A DNA stretch of 64,000 nt from Eledone cirrhosa (Eukaryota), in assembly GCA_964016885.1 (NCBI GenBank), contig OZ024740.1, positions 375,968,001 through 376,032,000 of the forward strand, read 5' to 3'. Positions 42,340-56,349 of the stretch are shown in pieces. The first letter of the stretch is position 1; every line of letters begins with the position of its first letter. The position numbers and the translations under genes are program-made. The notes beneath the pieces are model-generated. The model had not been told where the DNA came from and did no database searches. It saw only the letters and a list, made by a program, of their open reading frames with translations.

Positions 42340-43179
42340 AACTGGCATATTATCAAACACAGACTAGAGAAAAGGAAAGATATAGTCATCAATAGAAAAT
42401 ACCCTTTAAATCTAATCAATGATATCATTCAAAAAGTAAAAAAAAAAGTTATTATTCAAATCGTTCGAGAACCCCTCGTCCTCCACCAGAAAACATCATA
42501 AACCTTCAAACCCCACAATACAGAAATCTATACACCCATACAAGTAAACCTACCTACATTACAAAAAAAAAGAAAATACTCTTCTAAAAATATCCTATTA
42601 TTAAGAATATACCAGTAATGCACAGGGTATTTCCTGGCCTTGTGCCAAAAAGTAGAAACAATTATTAAGAATAAAATACAGCTGAAATCATTAAAAAAAT
42701 ACTTACAAGGGCAGAGCTGCAAATCACAATTAGTGCACCTCATGTGAAGAGATATAACCGACCCCATTGCGTAATGTGCAACTACCTATTTGGAGGTCAT
42801 GAATTTCACTTCAAATACAGACCCATTTTCACAATTAACAATAGCTTCTCGTGCGACTCGGAAAAACTAATCTATGTCATAACCTGCTGAGGTTGCCACG
42901 AATATTATTTATGACAAACGGGGCTGACAGTCCATACGCAGCAAATTATTATTTTTTTTATTTTATTTTCAACCAAAAACTTTCCGGACTTTCGCAGTTA
43001 GCTCCCTTAAACCCCCCGCACGCAGTCTACTATTGCCTGTGTCAAGTGACCGAGTTTCTGCGCATGCGCGTTCGTACGGTTGTCCTTCCTGTTCCTATAA
43101 CCATATACATCCCGAGCTGAAGATCCGCGAAGATGAAACAAGTGTTCTCGGTATGGTGAACTAACTGTTGTGTAACCAC

Positions 43180-43183
<4 letters not shown>
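42340..43183 (+). mobile_element. PLE 3' fragment (Neptune-like GIY-YIG) followed by a family A hammerhead pLTR
   Basis: RKYPLNLINDII, RPHCVMC and FSCDSEKLIYVITC*GCHEYYL*QTG, then ccgag CTGAAGA tccgcgaagat GAAA caagtg TT ctcgg at ~43111-43151. Confidence 0.75.
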
Positions 43184-43216
<33 letters not shown>

Positions 43217-43758
43217 CCCTACGGTTCTTATATATTTCATAAATATTTATCCTTATCGAGCCTTCTTTGGATTTTGTCTTCAAATTTATTATTATTACTA
43301 TATATATATATATATATTTCTATGTGTAAATATGTATATAACTATATATGTTTGTATGTATTTAAATTTATCAGCTTCAATCGGTATCTATATATATTTA
43401 TATCTACACACACACATATATATATATATGTGAGTGTGTGTAACTGTTGATACGGCAGGAGCTCGGCCGTGGAGATCCCGAACTGTTCATATTACTCACT
43501 TTACTATCATGTAACATTTTCAAACAATTAAAGATTCGATGGTCTTTGATGCATGGTGATTTTCACCGCACGCCATCCTGAGCTTTCCTCAACGAAACTG
43601 CAACAGGAACGTTGTAATTAAACATATATATATTTATTTATCCTGTTTCCTTTTCCCAAATATATTATAATAATATATATATATATATATAAATGAAGTA
43701 ATTCCGTCGGAAAGGCCCAGGAAAATAAGAGTGCTCTATGTAGGTTACAGAGCTTATT

Positions 43759-44013
43759 AGTTATGTAATAAACAACATCAGATAATTATTTCATTTACCA
43801 GTGGTTTCCTGAAAGCAAATAAAATTTGCTTTCAGTCATCAAAATGAAAAAATCCTGCTGTATTTATTGACAGTTGTTTTAAAAAGCACTTTTTTTAAAT
43901 CCACTGTCAATACATACACCAGGATTTTTTCATTCTGATGACTGAAAGCAAATTTTGTTTCCTTTCAAGAAACCACTGGTAAATGAAATAATTATCTTAT
44001 GTTGTTTATTACA

Positions 44014-44019
<6 letters not shown>
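43759..44019. mobile_element. Fold-back hammerhead element, family F (~125-bp arms)
   Basis: Plus strand 43928-43988 reads tttcatt CTGATGA ctgaaag...ctttcaa GAAA ccactgg TA aatgaaa. The minus arm has a perfect stem II and a TTGATGA core. Confidence 0.85.
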
Positions 44020-44049
<30 letters not shown>

Positions 44050-44052
<3 letters not shown>

Positions 44053-44251
44053 GTTATTCCGGGTTGAATCGGAGGTAACCACAGTAAGTAAGGTACTCAA
44101 TACATAGCAGAGTATAACAGTTTTAATATAGATGAGATTCTACAGGACTAGAACTGTTTCATTCATTAGAAATCATCAGGAATCAGTGATTCCTGATTAT
44201 TTCTAATGAATGAAACAGTTCTAGTCCTGTAGAATCTCATCTATATTAAAA
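44050..44251 (-). mobile_element. Fold-back hammerhead element, family B (second copy)
   Basis: Minus strand 44136-44184 reads gattc CTGATGA tttc taat gaat GAAA cag ttctagtc ctg TA gaatc. The palindrome has a 3-nt loop. Confidence 0.85.
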
Positions 44252-44305
44252 TATATATATATATATATATATGTACGGCAACACTCACAAAGTTTATATA
44301 TATAT

Positions 44306-44570
44306 ATTATAAGCTTTCACCGTATTTTAGACTAAAGAAATTTCTGGCCTGACAGTGGGTTTATAACCCTCGGAGAAATGGAAAAGGATGAGTGTTGCTG
44401 TACAGCAACACTCATCCTTTTCCATTTCTCCGAGGGTTATAAACCCCACTGTCAGGCCAGAAATTTCTTTAGTCTAAAATACGGTGAAAATTTATAATTT
44501 CTAATTTCTAATTTCAAATTCGCGCACCGTTTCAAAAACATACTCACATGTTTACGTTTATAATTTGGTG
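44306..44570 (+). mobile_element. Family D palindrome + tail (second copy)
   Basis: Same apex and tail as 31635-31900. Confidence 0.9.
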
Positions 44571-44753
44571 TATATATATATATATATATATAATAAATCT
44601 AATCTGAGTTTTTCGAATATTAATAATAACATTCGAAGCGCTTGCAATGATGTAAACAAGCCCCAATTTTATAGCCATGTCAGTAGAATATACCCTTTAT
44701 TCTTGCACTTGTGTTGGCATGGGAAAACTCAGATTACATTTATTGTATTCAGC

Positions 44754-44836
<83 letters not shown>

Positions 44837-44844
44837 TTTCTGTC

Positions 44845-44939
<95 letters not shown>

Positions 44940-44956
44940 ATATGTATATACATATA

Positions 44957-45042
<86 letters not shown>

Positions 45043-45068
45043 ATACAATAACAGAGATAGTTCAAAGC

Positions 45069-45130
<62 letters not shown>

Positions 45131-45759
45131 CATATATATATAAATATATATATATACATATATGAGTGTGTGTTAGATAGTTAGGGAGATAGGTAGATTA
45201 ATAGACGAATTAATAATTGGATATTTTACGGAGGTGTGCCATATATAATTTATTTAATATTACTTCTAATAAGACATTGAAAATTGATTTAATTAATATT
45301 TATTAATATTGTTTTTTATCATAGTTATTCATTTATTTTACTATACACTATTTTTCTATATGGCGTCATGTCACGCAATTCTGTCTATAATAATTTAATT
45401 ATAATTTAGCGTAAATATATGCACTCTCTTTTCCTGCTGACGTGTCACATCTTGAATCTACATTAAATGATCACATCCCTTACATTATGGTTATCATTAA
45501 ATGCATATATATAGTAAGAAAATGTATATATATATATTTATATATATAAGGTTGGTATTATGATAAAGGATGACGAATTAAAAAATACAAAATATTCTTT
45601 TTTTCCCACTACATTTGATCATAATAGTTCAAGGTAATAGCCCTCTTTTTGAATGAAAACGAAAAACAATGTATATCTTCTTTCGATGGATCATTCCTGT
45701 GTCTGTGTGTCGATTGCACATGCGTGAAGCACCCATGAAACCATTCTGTTCCATATAGC

Positions 45760-46400
45760 TCCGTAATACTGTTCATTAGAGGTTACTCTATGTATGCATT
45801 CAATGTGTCCTTAATCCTTAAATTCGCCACATTCCTATGCATCGTCTGACTCGGTACCTCGATATCTCGATTGCGGCATTAATCCCGATGTTTTTGAGAG
45901 GGGAAGCTCTCGTAATCATGTGTAACTTCCACGCATATTGTATTCCTGATATAAGAGGAAGCACATTACCTGTATATGATCCTGTAACCCTCATACGTTG
46001 TTATGAACACTTTCTCATTATTCATGGGACAGTAGGAAGTGTGCACATATTGTTTTATACAGGTTGGGGTTTCGAGGGCAGTTTTCTTAGAGAGGGTCTC
46101 GAGTGTGCCAGTTGTGTGTTCAGACCATGCCCATGGATAGTTTGGTCAATGAGAGCGATTTTCCTGTCCTTGAAATGCGGCAGCTTTAGATCGCATAAGC
46201 TATCCTTAGGAGCACATGTCCTCCTTTTTCTCTTACATGGTGCTTTGGCATCTCGATGTTTGGTGAGAAACACTGGGTAACCGTTTTGATGAGAACACCT
46301 TCGAATTCTTGCGTGATGTTGTATTTGTCGATATCCAAACTTCATCTGTTGCGTATACGGGTGATCCCATTTTGTACATAGGCCTTATTGTTAACTTATA
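45760..46400 (-). mobile_element. Decayed PLE fragment resembling the 57-59 kb element
   Basis: HQNGYP, and HRNVANLRIKDTL compared with ERSIGSLRIKEAL. Confidence 0.55.
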
Positions 46401-46488
46401 CCCTAGTAACACCTTTCTATATATATATTTATTCCACATTCCACTGGCTTTCTAAAATTCTTATAATTTATTACATATTTCACAAAGA

Positions 46489-46650
<162 letters not shown>

Positions 46651-48503
46651 GAAGGAGAAGTATAGAGTCAATAATCTGTAAATAGGAAGGAGATACCATC
46701 AATCCTTCGTGTGGTCTTTGTTGTTTCTTGAAATGTACCTTATAATCATTTAGAGATTAAATACCTGATCTTAAATCTAAATCATTATTTGAGCCAATTT
46801 TCTGCCATCATTATGGATGTTGATAATGTAGCCAATTCATAGGGTTTTTTCTCTTTAGATAATACAGTGAATATGTCAATATTAGTACCACAGTTCTCGA
46901 TACAAGCGTCTTTAAGTGATTCAGCAAGCAAAGGCTATCACAAGTCGTTTACCATGCTGACATCAATATTGGTGCTACAGGTGACTGAAGATGTACGGCA
47001 AGCAATTATCATTGCATTTATCTTCCCCATGCAGCATCTAGGAACAACGACGACAGAATATGAATATAACATCTCTCTTTAGCGATAGAAGCTCCCTGTT
47101 TCTAGATACACGATTTATATTGCTATGGAGATAATATCCCGCATTCGTTTTTCATTCCCAACATCAGTATCAATAGCTTAAGGCCTTAATTCAAAAACTG
47201 TAGGCCTTTCAATTAACCGATTCACTGTCATATATCTGCTTCATATCGTTAATTGAAGCTGAAATATGTCATTTCCACTCTCCAAATATCACGTAATAGT
47301 GAAGAAGACATATTTATTTTCATACAGGCTTCGAATTTTTGACCATAGAAATGTCTTACCTAGGGAAGCAACGTTTAACGTGTTTTCCTTTTTTTTTGGC
47401 TTGCTCTTAGAGACGCACGAACATTTCACTGTGCTCCCATGTACGATATAAGGAAAATCAGTTTAACTTAAATTTTGAATAAAGCCCCTGTATGAGCCAT
47501 ACAGCCTTTCATCAGACAAATAAATGTGATGGCAGATGTTACTTCGTGTGAGATCTCTACAGTTCAAAGGGGATAAATAATGTTATGGTTACTCAACGGG
47601 AGTAAAACCTTTGTATATATGTGTATAATTTTGTATGTATTCATGCATATATCGTGATGAAAACACTTGCAGATATCAGCAACATATATAAAAAGACAAT
47701 ACGGTACACAGTCCCAGTTCCCGTAGCAGTGATCACTAATGTAGGTAAAAAGATGTTTTAGACCTAACGAGTAAGCATTTACACCCTCAATATAGGTATA
47801 GAAAATAAATAGTAGGTAGTCCAGGAATATCAGCTATTTCAGTGGGATCTCCATGAAGCACATGATAAGACATAAAACAAAGCTGAAGAAAATACAGGAT
47901 GCTCCTGCTACTACTGATATGTACTACCACGGCAACATTGTATGGCGCAACTTCTGAGTAAATAGTGAACAATATGTAGGTATACCACAAGATAGATTTA
48001 AACAGTGGTACTAATGATACACAACGTCATTTTTACACACACAAAAGAACAGAGTTACGGCACTGGCAATGCGTAACAGGGAACAAAAGTCTAAAAGGAT
48101 ACCCTACAGATTGAAATCCTAGACATATCTAGACCGAACATAGAAGGAATAAGAGGAGTTCATTTTGCCTGAAACTTTCAATGATATATATGTGAATGCG
48201 CACAAAAGGTTATTGTCCTTGATAATCATAAGTTACCAAGCTGATTTACCCACGTTGATCTCAAGGGATTAGTCAAAGTATCTCCTCATATGATGAAATA
48301 CTGACCCAAGTTAACCTTAATAAAATATGTCTCCTGTAAAGACATTATCAACTTTAAGATAATGAAAACCTGTGTCAAGCAGACAAATATTATTTCAGCT
48401 GTGTTGATAACATAGAGCGGCCACTTTCTCCATTCATTATATCTACGGAAACCCCTGACATTACACACACACACACGCACATACACACACATATATAGGT
48501 ATG

Positions 48504-48534
<31 letters not shown>

Positions 48535-48555
48535 TTATGTGTGTGTTTGTGTAGG

Positions 48556-48596
<41 letters not shown>

Positions 48597-48624
48597 AAAC
48601 CCACAGACCCTCCATCTCAACTCA

Positions 48625-48662
48625 CCTTTTGAAAAGCAGATGAACTGCGAAACCGGTAAAGG
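48625..48662 (+). ncRNA. Minimal hammerhead with compensatory U3-A8 core (family E)
   Basis: cctt TTGAAAA gcag atgaa ctgc GAAA ccgg TA aagg, followed by AATAAA. A decayed sister lies at ~52700-52743. Confidence 0.75.
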
Positions 48663-48802
48663 AACCAAATAAATATATATATTTTTTTTAAAAATAAGAC
48701 TCCAGTTGCATTTTCGATTTCATCTCTTTTTCTTTATACTTTCACTCGTGTAGGACACGTCGGTTATTTTTTAATTTGTAAAAGAAACCTTACTTTCTAA
48801 TA

Positions 48803-48854
<52 letters not shown>

Positions 48855-48855
<1 letters not shown>

Positions 48856-49720
48856 CAAAGTGTTGTAGTTTGCTTGAAGCATTGTGGATTAAGAAATACA
48901 AGTATAACTAGGAAATAAGTTTAGTTATTTAGAGACCTAACAATGCGTGTGAGATTATAAGTGCCAAGATAATAAGAATTAGAGAAAATAAAACAAAAAT
49001 CTGGGAAAAGATTGAAAACGGTAGAATTTTACCTTAGCTATTTTAATGATCCAATTTTTTTCACATTTACCATCGATTATCAAGGTGGTCCGTGGGCGTG
49101 GATCAGGGAGCAATCTGAGAACAATTGTTGATGTCTGGTCGAGTTCATTTATATAGGCATAAATATCCAAAGGTAAGGACATTCAGTCGATGGACGAGTT
49201 AAGTATAATTAGTAAAGTAGTGACATGAGGTTTTGGGGTTATTCATCCCAACTCATTCAGCCTGATATATTTGGCTTCCTCCATGCATATTTAGAAAATA
49301 TAGGTTAGGTAATCCCTAATATATCTATGAATAGACAAATCACATGAATAAAGTAAATGCAAAGGGAGGTAATATAAAAAAAACCAATGGAGGTAACCTG
49401 TATGGAACAAGGAACCCAAGAGTTAAGTTGAAAATTCGAAGAACATGAATTCAGTTAATCCGGTCTAGACCATTATGTAGGAATGTCTGAGGGCCGGTTC
49501 AAAAGCCGTATGGGAGTACATTTTTTATTATTCATTTAAAGTAATCTAAAATATAATATAGTGACGACTGATGTGACAAGAAGAAACTCAAGGATTCAAG
49601 CATGTTTACATATTATATTGTAATGAAGGACCTTTTAAATAAATGTCGTTATTGTTTGTGGGCTCCATACTAGTGAGAGAAGGAGAGAAGGATGTGTGCG
49701 TATGTGTTCCTTATCACTTA
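48855..49720. mobile_element. Decayed PLE 3' region with an inverted GIY-YIG fragment
   Basis: Plus strand ~49468 reads DHYVGMSEGRFKSRMGVH. The left end ttgcttgaagcattgtg also occurs at 56366. Confidence 0.5.
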
Positions 49721-52151
49721 ATATCGGTGGCTTTACTTTAAGAACATTTACTATGAGAAGCGCTTCAGTATTGTTCATACATTGGAAATAACATGTTCCA
49801 TACCGGTTGAATTACGTCACAGTTATGGTCACTGAGCAACCCAGGTTTGCCGAACAACTGTGTGTTTACAAACATCTTTGACTAAAGCAATAACCACATT
49901 CGAAGGCATTAATCTTAGGAACGTCTCAGTGCATATGCTTCTATTTATTTGAACGCTCTGAAATACTCGAATACATTGTTCTGAACATTGTCATACATGC
50001 ATAGAACATTAAAGGCAATGTGAAGTAGCTGCCAGTTCTATAGATTATTATTCCATCACCAGGAACCTTAATTGCAACAATGTATTATTTTTCCTCGCTT
50101 CTGAGATTGAAAATGCTTTTCGATAAAAGTATTTTCTAGTATACCAGATTTGCTATATACAAAAGCTACATACAAACCAAGGCATCCTTCATGATTTGGT
50201 TCATTTAAGACAATAGACAGTGGCGCGCTTTGTTCTCATGGTTGTATATTTACAATAGGGGATTTCAATCAATGGGAAATGTGACATTGTTTTGCGACAG
50301 TGAAATGTGATCCTAACCAATGATGATATTGTTAATGATATTGTTGGTATTGGTTGTTATAATTTCCATTGTTATTTTTGTGTTTTATATCAACGGTACC
50401 AGCATATCGTATGGGTAAAAGTGGCATTGATGATAAACGTGGTACATGCGCTAGTAAAATGTTAAATGAAAAATAAACAGTTTTATGCATTTTAGTTGCG
50501 ATTACGTTAATTGTAGCAATATTAGTGATAGTATTCGATTATCTACAGTTCGGAAAAGAGGGAGAAATATTAACTTGCCTAATGACCTTTCATCTGTTCA
50601 TGTTTTGTACACAGTTTTCTTTTGTTGAGTAAAACGGAAATTTCTATTTGGTTAAACTACCCCACATATAGTTATCAACAACCTTCCATATAGAAAGTTG
50701 ATCTTTTATCAGAAAACGTTTAGGAAAAAAGAACTCTAAATGAGCTAAAAATACATCAATAATTTCACTTTATCACTAGTGGTACGCCTCTAACAATAAT
50801 GCAGAAACGATTATCGTTTTTTTTTTTCTTCATTTTACGTTATTGAAAATTTGTAAACAAAGGTGATTTGTATGAAACACTATTTTTGATCAATGAATAA
50901 TCACTACTGAAATACCTAAAAAGAAATGAAATTTAATGATGTATTCCCTGACAATTAAATAACAGTATATTAGTTTATTGATTTAATTTATTGGTATTTA
51001 CCCAAAATTTCCATTTTTATTTTTGCTCTAAATAGATCTGAAGTAAAACTTTTATAAGTTTACATTTTGTATTGAACATTTTATAATATTTTATTGATAT
51101 TGTGTGCTATGCAGAATATATATTATGATTACAACTAGCTTCAATAGCGATAATAGTCTGACTAAAAAGAATGTTTTCGCGATAAATCCGTTTACAAATA
51201 CGTGACTAGCAAGGTGCACACAAACGTCATGTTGTGAATAGAAATTGAAAATGAGAATAGAATTTCGTTTTTAATGTAGAGAGCATCGGACAACAGTTGT
51301 TTCTCGATATACATTTTTTTTCTACAATCCCAACCTATCCAATATGACTAATTCTTTTCATGCAACAATCATTCATATATAAATTTGATGTTTGTGTTAA
51401 TATCTTCATTTTTTCTTTTGTGTGAATTGGTACATTATTCATTTAAATTATCAGAGGTGGTCGAAATGATAGACACCTGCATGCAACAAATTAACTTTTG
51501 ATTTATTAATGCCCTCGTGTTCGTGTGTTGTCTCTTTCGATAATTATGTTTGCATATTTTACCACCGTATATAAAATAACTGATTAAAAATAAAATTTAA
51601 CAATAGGTTATCAAAAAGTTTTGGAAAGAGTTACATATATATATATATATAGAAAATAGGGGACTGAATACGCAGGTGTCTTTTTTCTCTCCCCATTTTC
51701 GCACGTTTTGCCTATTTATCTTTCTATTTATCTTCTATTTCTAACTCTATTTTCTGATGAAGGACTACAGACTAAAACATTTAAACACTTTTCATGCTAT
51801 TTCAAGCGTTAAAAAATATGTTTCTTCAATGTACTGTGGCGCTTGGTTTCTTATTTCACTATACCTTTTGCACACGCACGTACGCACGCACACACACACA
51901 CACACACACACATACACACGCAGACACACACACATATATATATATACAAAAACCAAGATCTTTTATTCTCGTTGCATTCAATTCAACGTATTTCTTCCTA
52001 TTTATGAAGGCAATATTTATCCGTAATTTTATCGAAATATTTACATCTGCTTCCACAGAATCCTATACCACAGTGTGAGAGTATCACACTTCAGGGTGAT
52101 AGCAGGAATTGTTTATTCAAACCATTAAGCTGTGCTATTCATATATATATA

Positions 52152-52540
52152 TATTTGAAAAAAAAGGAAAAGAACTTCTCTCGTAGTTCTAAATAATTTG
52201 ATTTATTTTTATATTATAATATTATGAGTTGGTAGATCTAGCATGTTGTTTGTTAACTTCGGTCGAAGAATTTTAAAGATTCCTGGTTAACTTTCTTGAA
52301 GAACTCTCTTCTGGCATTCATCGGTGGCGATTGTCAAACCTTACCTCAGTTTGACCAGCGCCACCGATGAATGCGAGAAGGTTCTCCAAGAAAGTTAACC
52401 AGGAATCTTTAAAATTCTTCCACCAAAGTTAACAAAGAATTTACTAGATCTACCAACTCATAATAATATAATATTATAAAATTAAATACATTTTTTTAGA
52501 ACTACAAATGAAGTCATTCTTTTCCTTTTTTTTCAAATAT
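52152..52540. mobile_element. Fold-back element, ~185-bp diverged arms
   Basis: Arms pair around gtcaaac...gtttgac. The plus arm contains CCGATGA...GAAA gttaac, a weak hammerhead-like motif. Confidence 0.75.
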
Positions 52541-52579
52541 ACCTAACTGTACCAAGGATCTCACGCATTTTCAAATATA

Positions 52580-52760
52580 TATAACCCCCCCGCCCCTCTT
52601 CATTTTCTGATATATATATATATCAGAAAATGAAGGGGGGGGGGGTATAAAAAAGAAAAAGAAAAAAGAAACGACAAGCCACAAACCCTCAATCTCAATT
52701 TTTCTTTTGAAAAGCATAAGAACTCTGAAACCGTTAAAGGAAATAAATAAATATTACATA
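52580..52760 (+). mobile_element. Family E element with a 5' palindrome centred on (TA)n
   Basis: cttcattttctga(ta)n tcagaaaatgaag, then ccacaaaccctcaatctcaa...TTGAAAA...GAAA as at 48600. Confidence 0.65.
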
Positions 52761-52788
52761 CATAATTATACATACATATACATAATAT

Positions 52789-52949
<161 letters not shown>

Positions 52950-53016
52950 ATGTGGTGTGTGTGTGTGTGTGCACGTGGTGTGTATGTGTGTGTGTGTATG
53001 AATATATATATATATT

Positions 53017-53065
53017 CTTGTTTGATGACCTGTGATAAACACAGGTGAAACTCCAGAATAACAAG
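53017..53065 (+). ncRNA. Hammerhead-like motif
   Basis: cttgt TTGATGA cctgtg ataaa cacagg t GAAA ctccagaa TA acaag. Confidence 0.6.
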
Positions 53066-53799
53066 TCTCATTCTCCAGCCTTAATAAAATCAAAGTGAAT
53101 ATATATAATAGGGAATTATAAATATAGGTCTTCGTAATGCATTTTTAATGTATAAACAATATTCACATACATTCATTAATATAAGAAGAAACACTACTTT
53201 ACATTCCTGACCTTCATATGTTAGTGTGCGTACTGTAATTAGTATTCAAAATAGATGTTAATTTTACACGTCTCTAGAGGGCTAATGCGTTGTAATTCTG
53301 GCATAATAACGCCAGAATTACCATCAGGTAATTTGATATACAGCATTGACATGGATTTTATTTTCAGGGGCAATGCAGAATCTGAGGTGTCTTCGTCGCG
53401 CAGATAAGTAGAATTAGTGGTACAAATGCAACAAATCCTACAAGTATAAATTCGGTGAGAAATAAAGGACTTTCCATAATTTTAATGCTCAATCAATTGA
53501 TATGACAAAATAAGAATAGCAATAACAGTGTCCTTAATGTGTTCATGGGTGTTAACAAGCAAATATTAAATGCAAATACTATCGGAAATCCTGTATACAT
53601 ATGTTGAGGTTACTAACTGCCAACTTGATATCAAAATTAACTGTTATTGGATGTCTGTAAACTTGATATCACAGAAAACGTGTGTGTGCGTATGTGTAAG
53701 TGTCAAAAATAAGACAGAAGTGGAAGGTTTAGGTTTGTAAAAGAAAGATAAAATATGATAGAGAGGAGTGGAAAGCTTTATTGCTTTCTAAAATGGACT

Positions 53800-54800
53800 T
53801 AGAAGGTTTAAACATGCATGGATTGTATGGAGCCGTCAATGGAAAACGAATAGATCACGGATACACACGAGAAAATCCTATCAATATTCAAAGTAATCCT
53901 GGTACCTAGAATACATTGTGCTACGCGCATTGTAAATATTAAGAAGTGAAAAAAAAAACATGGTAAAGAAAGTGAGTCTAAGGAAGGGGGGGGTGAAGAG
54001 GGAAAGAGGAGGTCTTGCTGGAATTGTGAATGAGAAAAGCTGATTTTCAGGAAGGATATGACATTTAGTATGGTTGGTTTCGCTGAAGAGAAATCAGGAT
54101 GGGCATCAAATGTCAGTTCAGTCCGTGGCCGATCCAGGGTCATTCAATTACACTTCTTCATCGACGTCGTCACCCTAAGGCACTAATGATTCCCACAAGA
54201 CACCCGAATGCGTATTTTCGAAACACTACCTGTTTGACCTTCAACACTACTGTTTATAAGGGCAATGTCATACCAAATCAAGTATCGACCTCGTGTTCCT
54301 TCTCCCCATTACCACCTGCCACGGGCTATATAATAGTTTTCTTCTTTGTAATTGCAACTCTAAAATGTCCTTTGTAATTGCAACACCAAACGCAGTATCA
54401 GATTTGTAGATGAAACCTGACAGTAGATTATGGAAGCAGCTTCGGGGCGTGCGAGTCAATAGAAATGGAACACACAATTTAGTTACTCATCACACCCACC
54501 CAGAAATACTTTTATCACATTCTTTCCCTTTTGTTTATCCACTTTTGCCGGACTATATGAATTTTCCTGAACAGATGGATCATTTTCTCATTAGAGAATA
54601 GCAAGTTAGCGTTCTTTTGATGCGCTCATAAATTCACCGCTCCCTACCATTGCACAGTCCGTATATCATACCCCACTGTATACACTGTTGCTGTCGTTAT
54701 ACCAACACACACACATTTTCTTTCATTCTTCTTTTTCATCCTTCCTCTTTTCACTCACAATCTCACGCTCACTACTCGTAGAGTACCAGTCTGTGACTAC
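53800..54800 (-). mobile_element. Old LINE fragment (endonuclease region)
   Basis: GRRNTRSILDLV remnant on the minus strand; otherwise heavily decayed. Confidence 0.35.
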
Positions 54801-56349
54801 AGTTCATTCCATTGTATATGACTGATGGGCTCCCACCACTCATTACAATTATATCTGTTAGAAACTCGACACTTACCACTTGCTTACATTCAGATTTGCA
54901 AATTACGCATTCGCGGTATTCTTTCAAAGAATATTTATATTTTCTCTATTCTTAGACAAATGTTTCTCCGATCAAACCATTGAAAAGACCTCCGTTTGAG
55001 CACTCGATGCTCGCGCAGAGCAGAGTATATTATTATAGATAATGAGGAATCAGTGAGCCATCAAAACACAATTTATTAACATATTACATATGTTTTTCCG
55101 ACGATCAGCACAAGGCAGGATCTGTTACAGATCGAACCTGTCTCTGCATTCATAAGTTTCTCGGATATGTTTTGCGCTTTCAAAGCATTTCATCCTATTG
55201 TAGCAATTCGATCCGTTCCATCGTCAACAATTGACATCATCCTGTTGATACAGCCTTTCCATTGGTTTAGAATTTCAGGCGTAGCTGTCCTCCTTTGACC
55301 ATTGAAGTACGTTGGTCAATGAGTGGTCCACAGCTCCTGAACTCCCGAACTGGAGCCTTGCCACTGGATGCAGTTTAATGTCATACCCAGGATACCATCT
55401 ACTAAATGCAGCGCTATTCTACATCATATTGTATATTAGGATAGTGTTGAACGTTCATTTCGGTTGGTGTGTATAATACTTAACATTTTTCGTCCTATTT
55501 AACCTTTACTGCCCTCCATTTAGGGAAAGTGTAAGCCCCATTGGGATGTACTAGCAAATACAAGGTTTCGTTAAATCTTCGATTTTAATTAGCATCAACT
55601 AATTTTCATTATTTTAAAATTATGACTGATTAGATAATCGTTATATTATTTGTTAAAGGTAATATACGCATAACAGCTCGGTTTTACGATATAATGAATG
55701 TTCAATTAGCTTAGTATATACTAACGCTGACTATGTTTTGAAATGTTTTGCTAATTTCTAAATTAATTAAATATGAATAATTAATATGAAGTTTCATGTG
55801 GCATTCGGTCATACGTAATAAATCAATTCAATGATTTGAAATTTAATAAATAACTAATATCGGATTTAAACAAATTAGTGCTCTGAATTTGATTAAAAAA
55901 TTCGATAAATAATGTATGATATTTTTATTAGATAATGTGAACTTATTTTCCTGAAGAAATATCTCAGCCTATGATATACAAACAGAGTAAAATAGAAATT
56001 CACATTCATTTAAAGTTTGGTTTCTCATGTGGAATTTATTTTTTATGCAAACAAAAAAGTCTTTTTTCAAATAAATATGAGATTTTCCGAAATTCTGGTT
56101 GGCAACATAAAATTTGACTTGGGGAATTTTTTGTTTTGTTACGGCTATTTGTAAATACAATAGTTAATTTGTCAGCGAAAACATGCTCAATAGTTCTTCA
56201 AATTAGCGTATATTTTGTTGTAATTACTATTTGGGACCTAACGTTTAGGCAATATTTACCGAGTGCCTGCATAAAACAATAGAATTTACTAGTTTTCGAG
56301 GCGATGGATAGGGCGCCAATTTAGTTGATATATATATATATATATATAT

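Noticed and set aside
53292-53321. Short hairpin gtaattctggc...gccagaattac resembling a terminator
   Set aside because: Eukaryotic context, isolated, with no U tract or associated gene.
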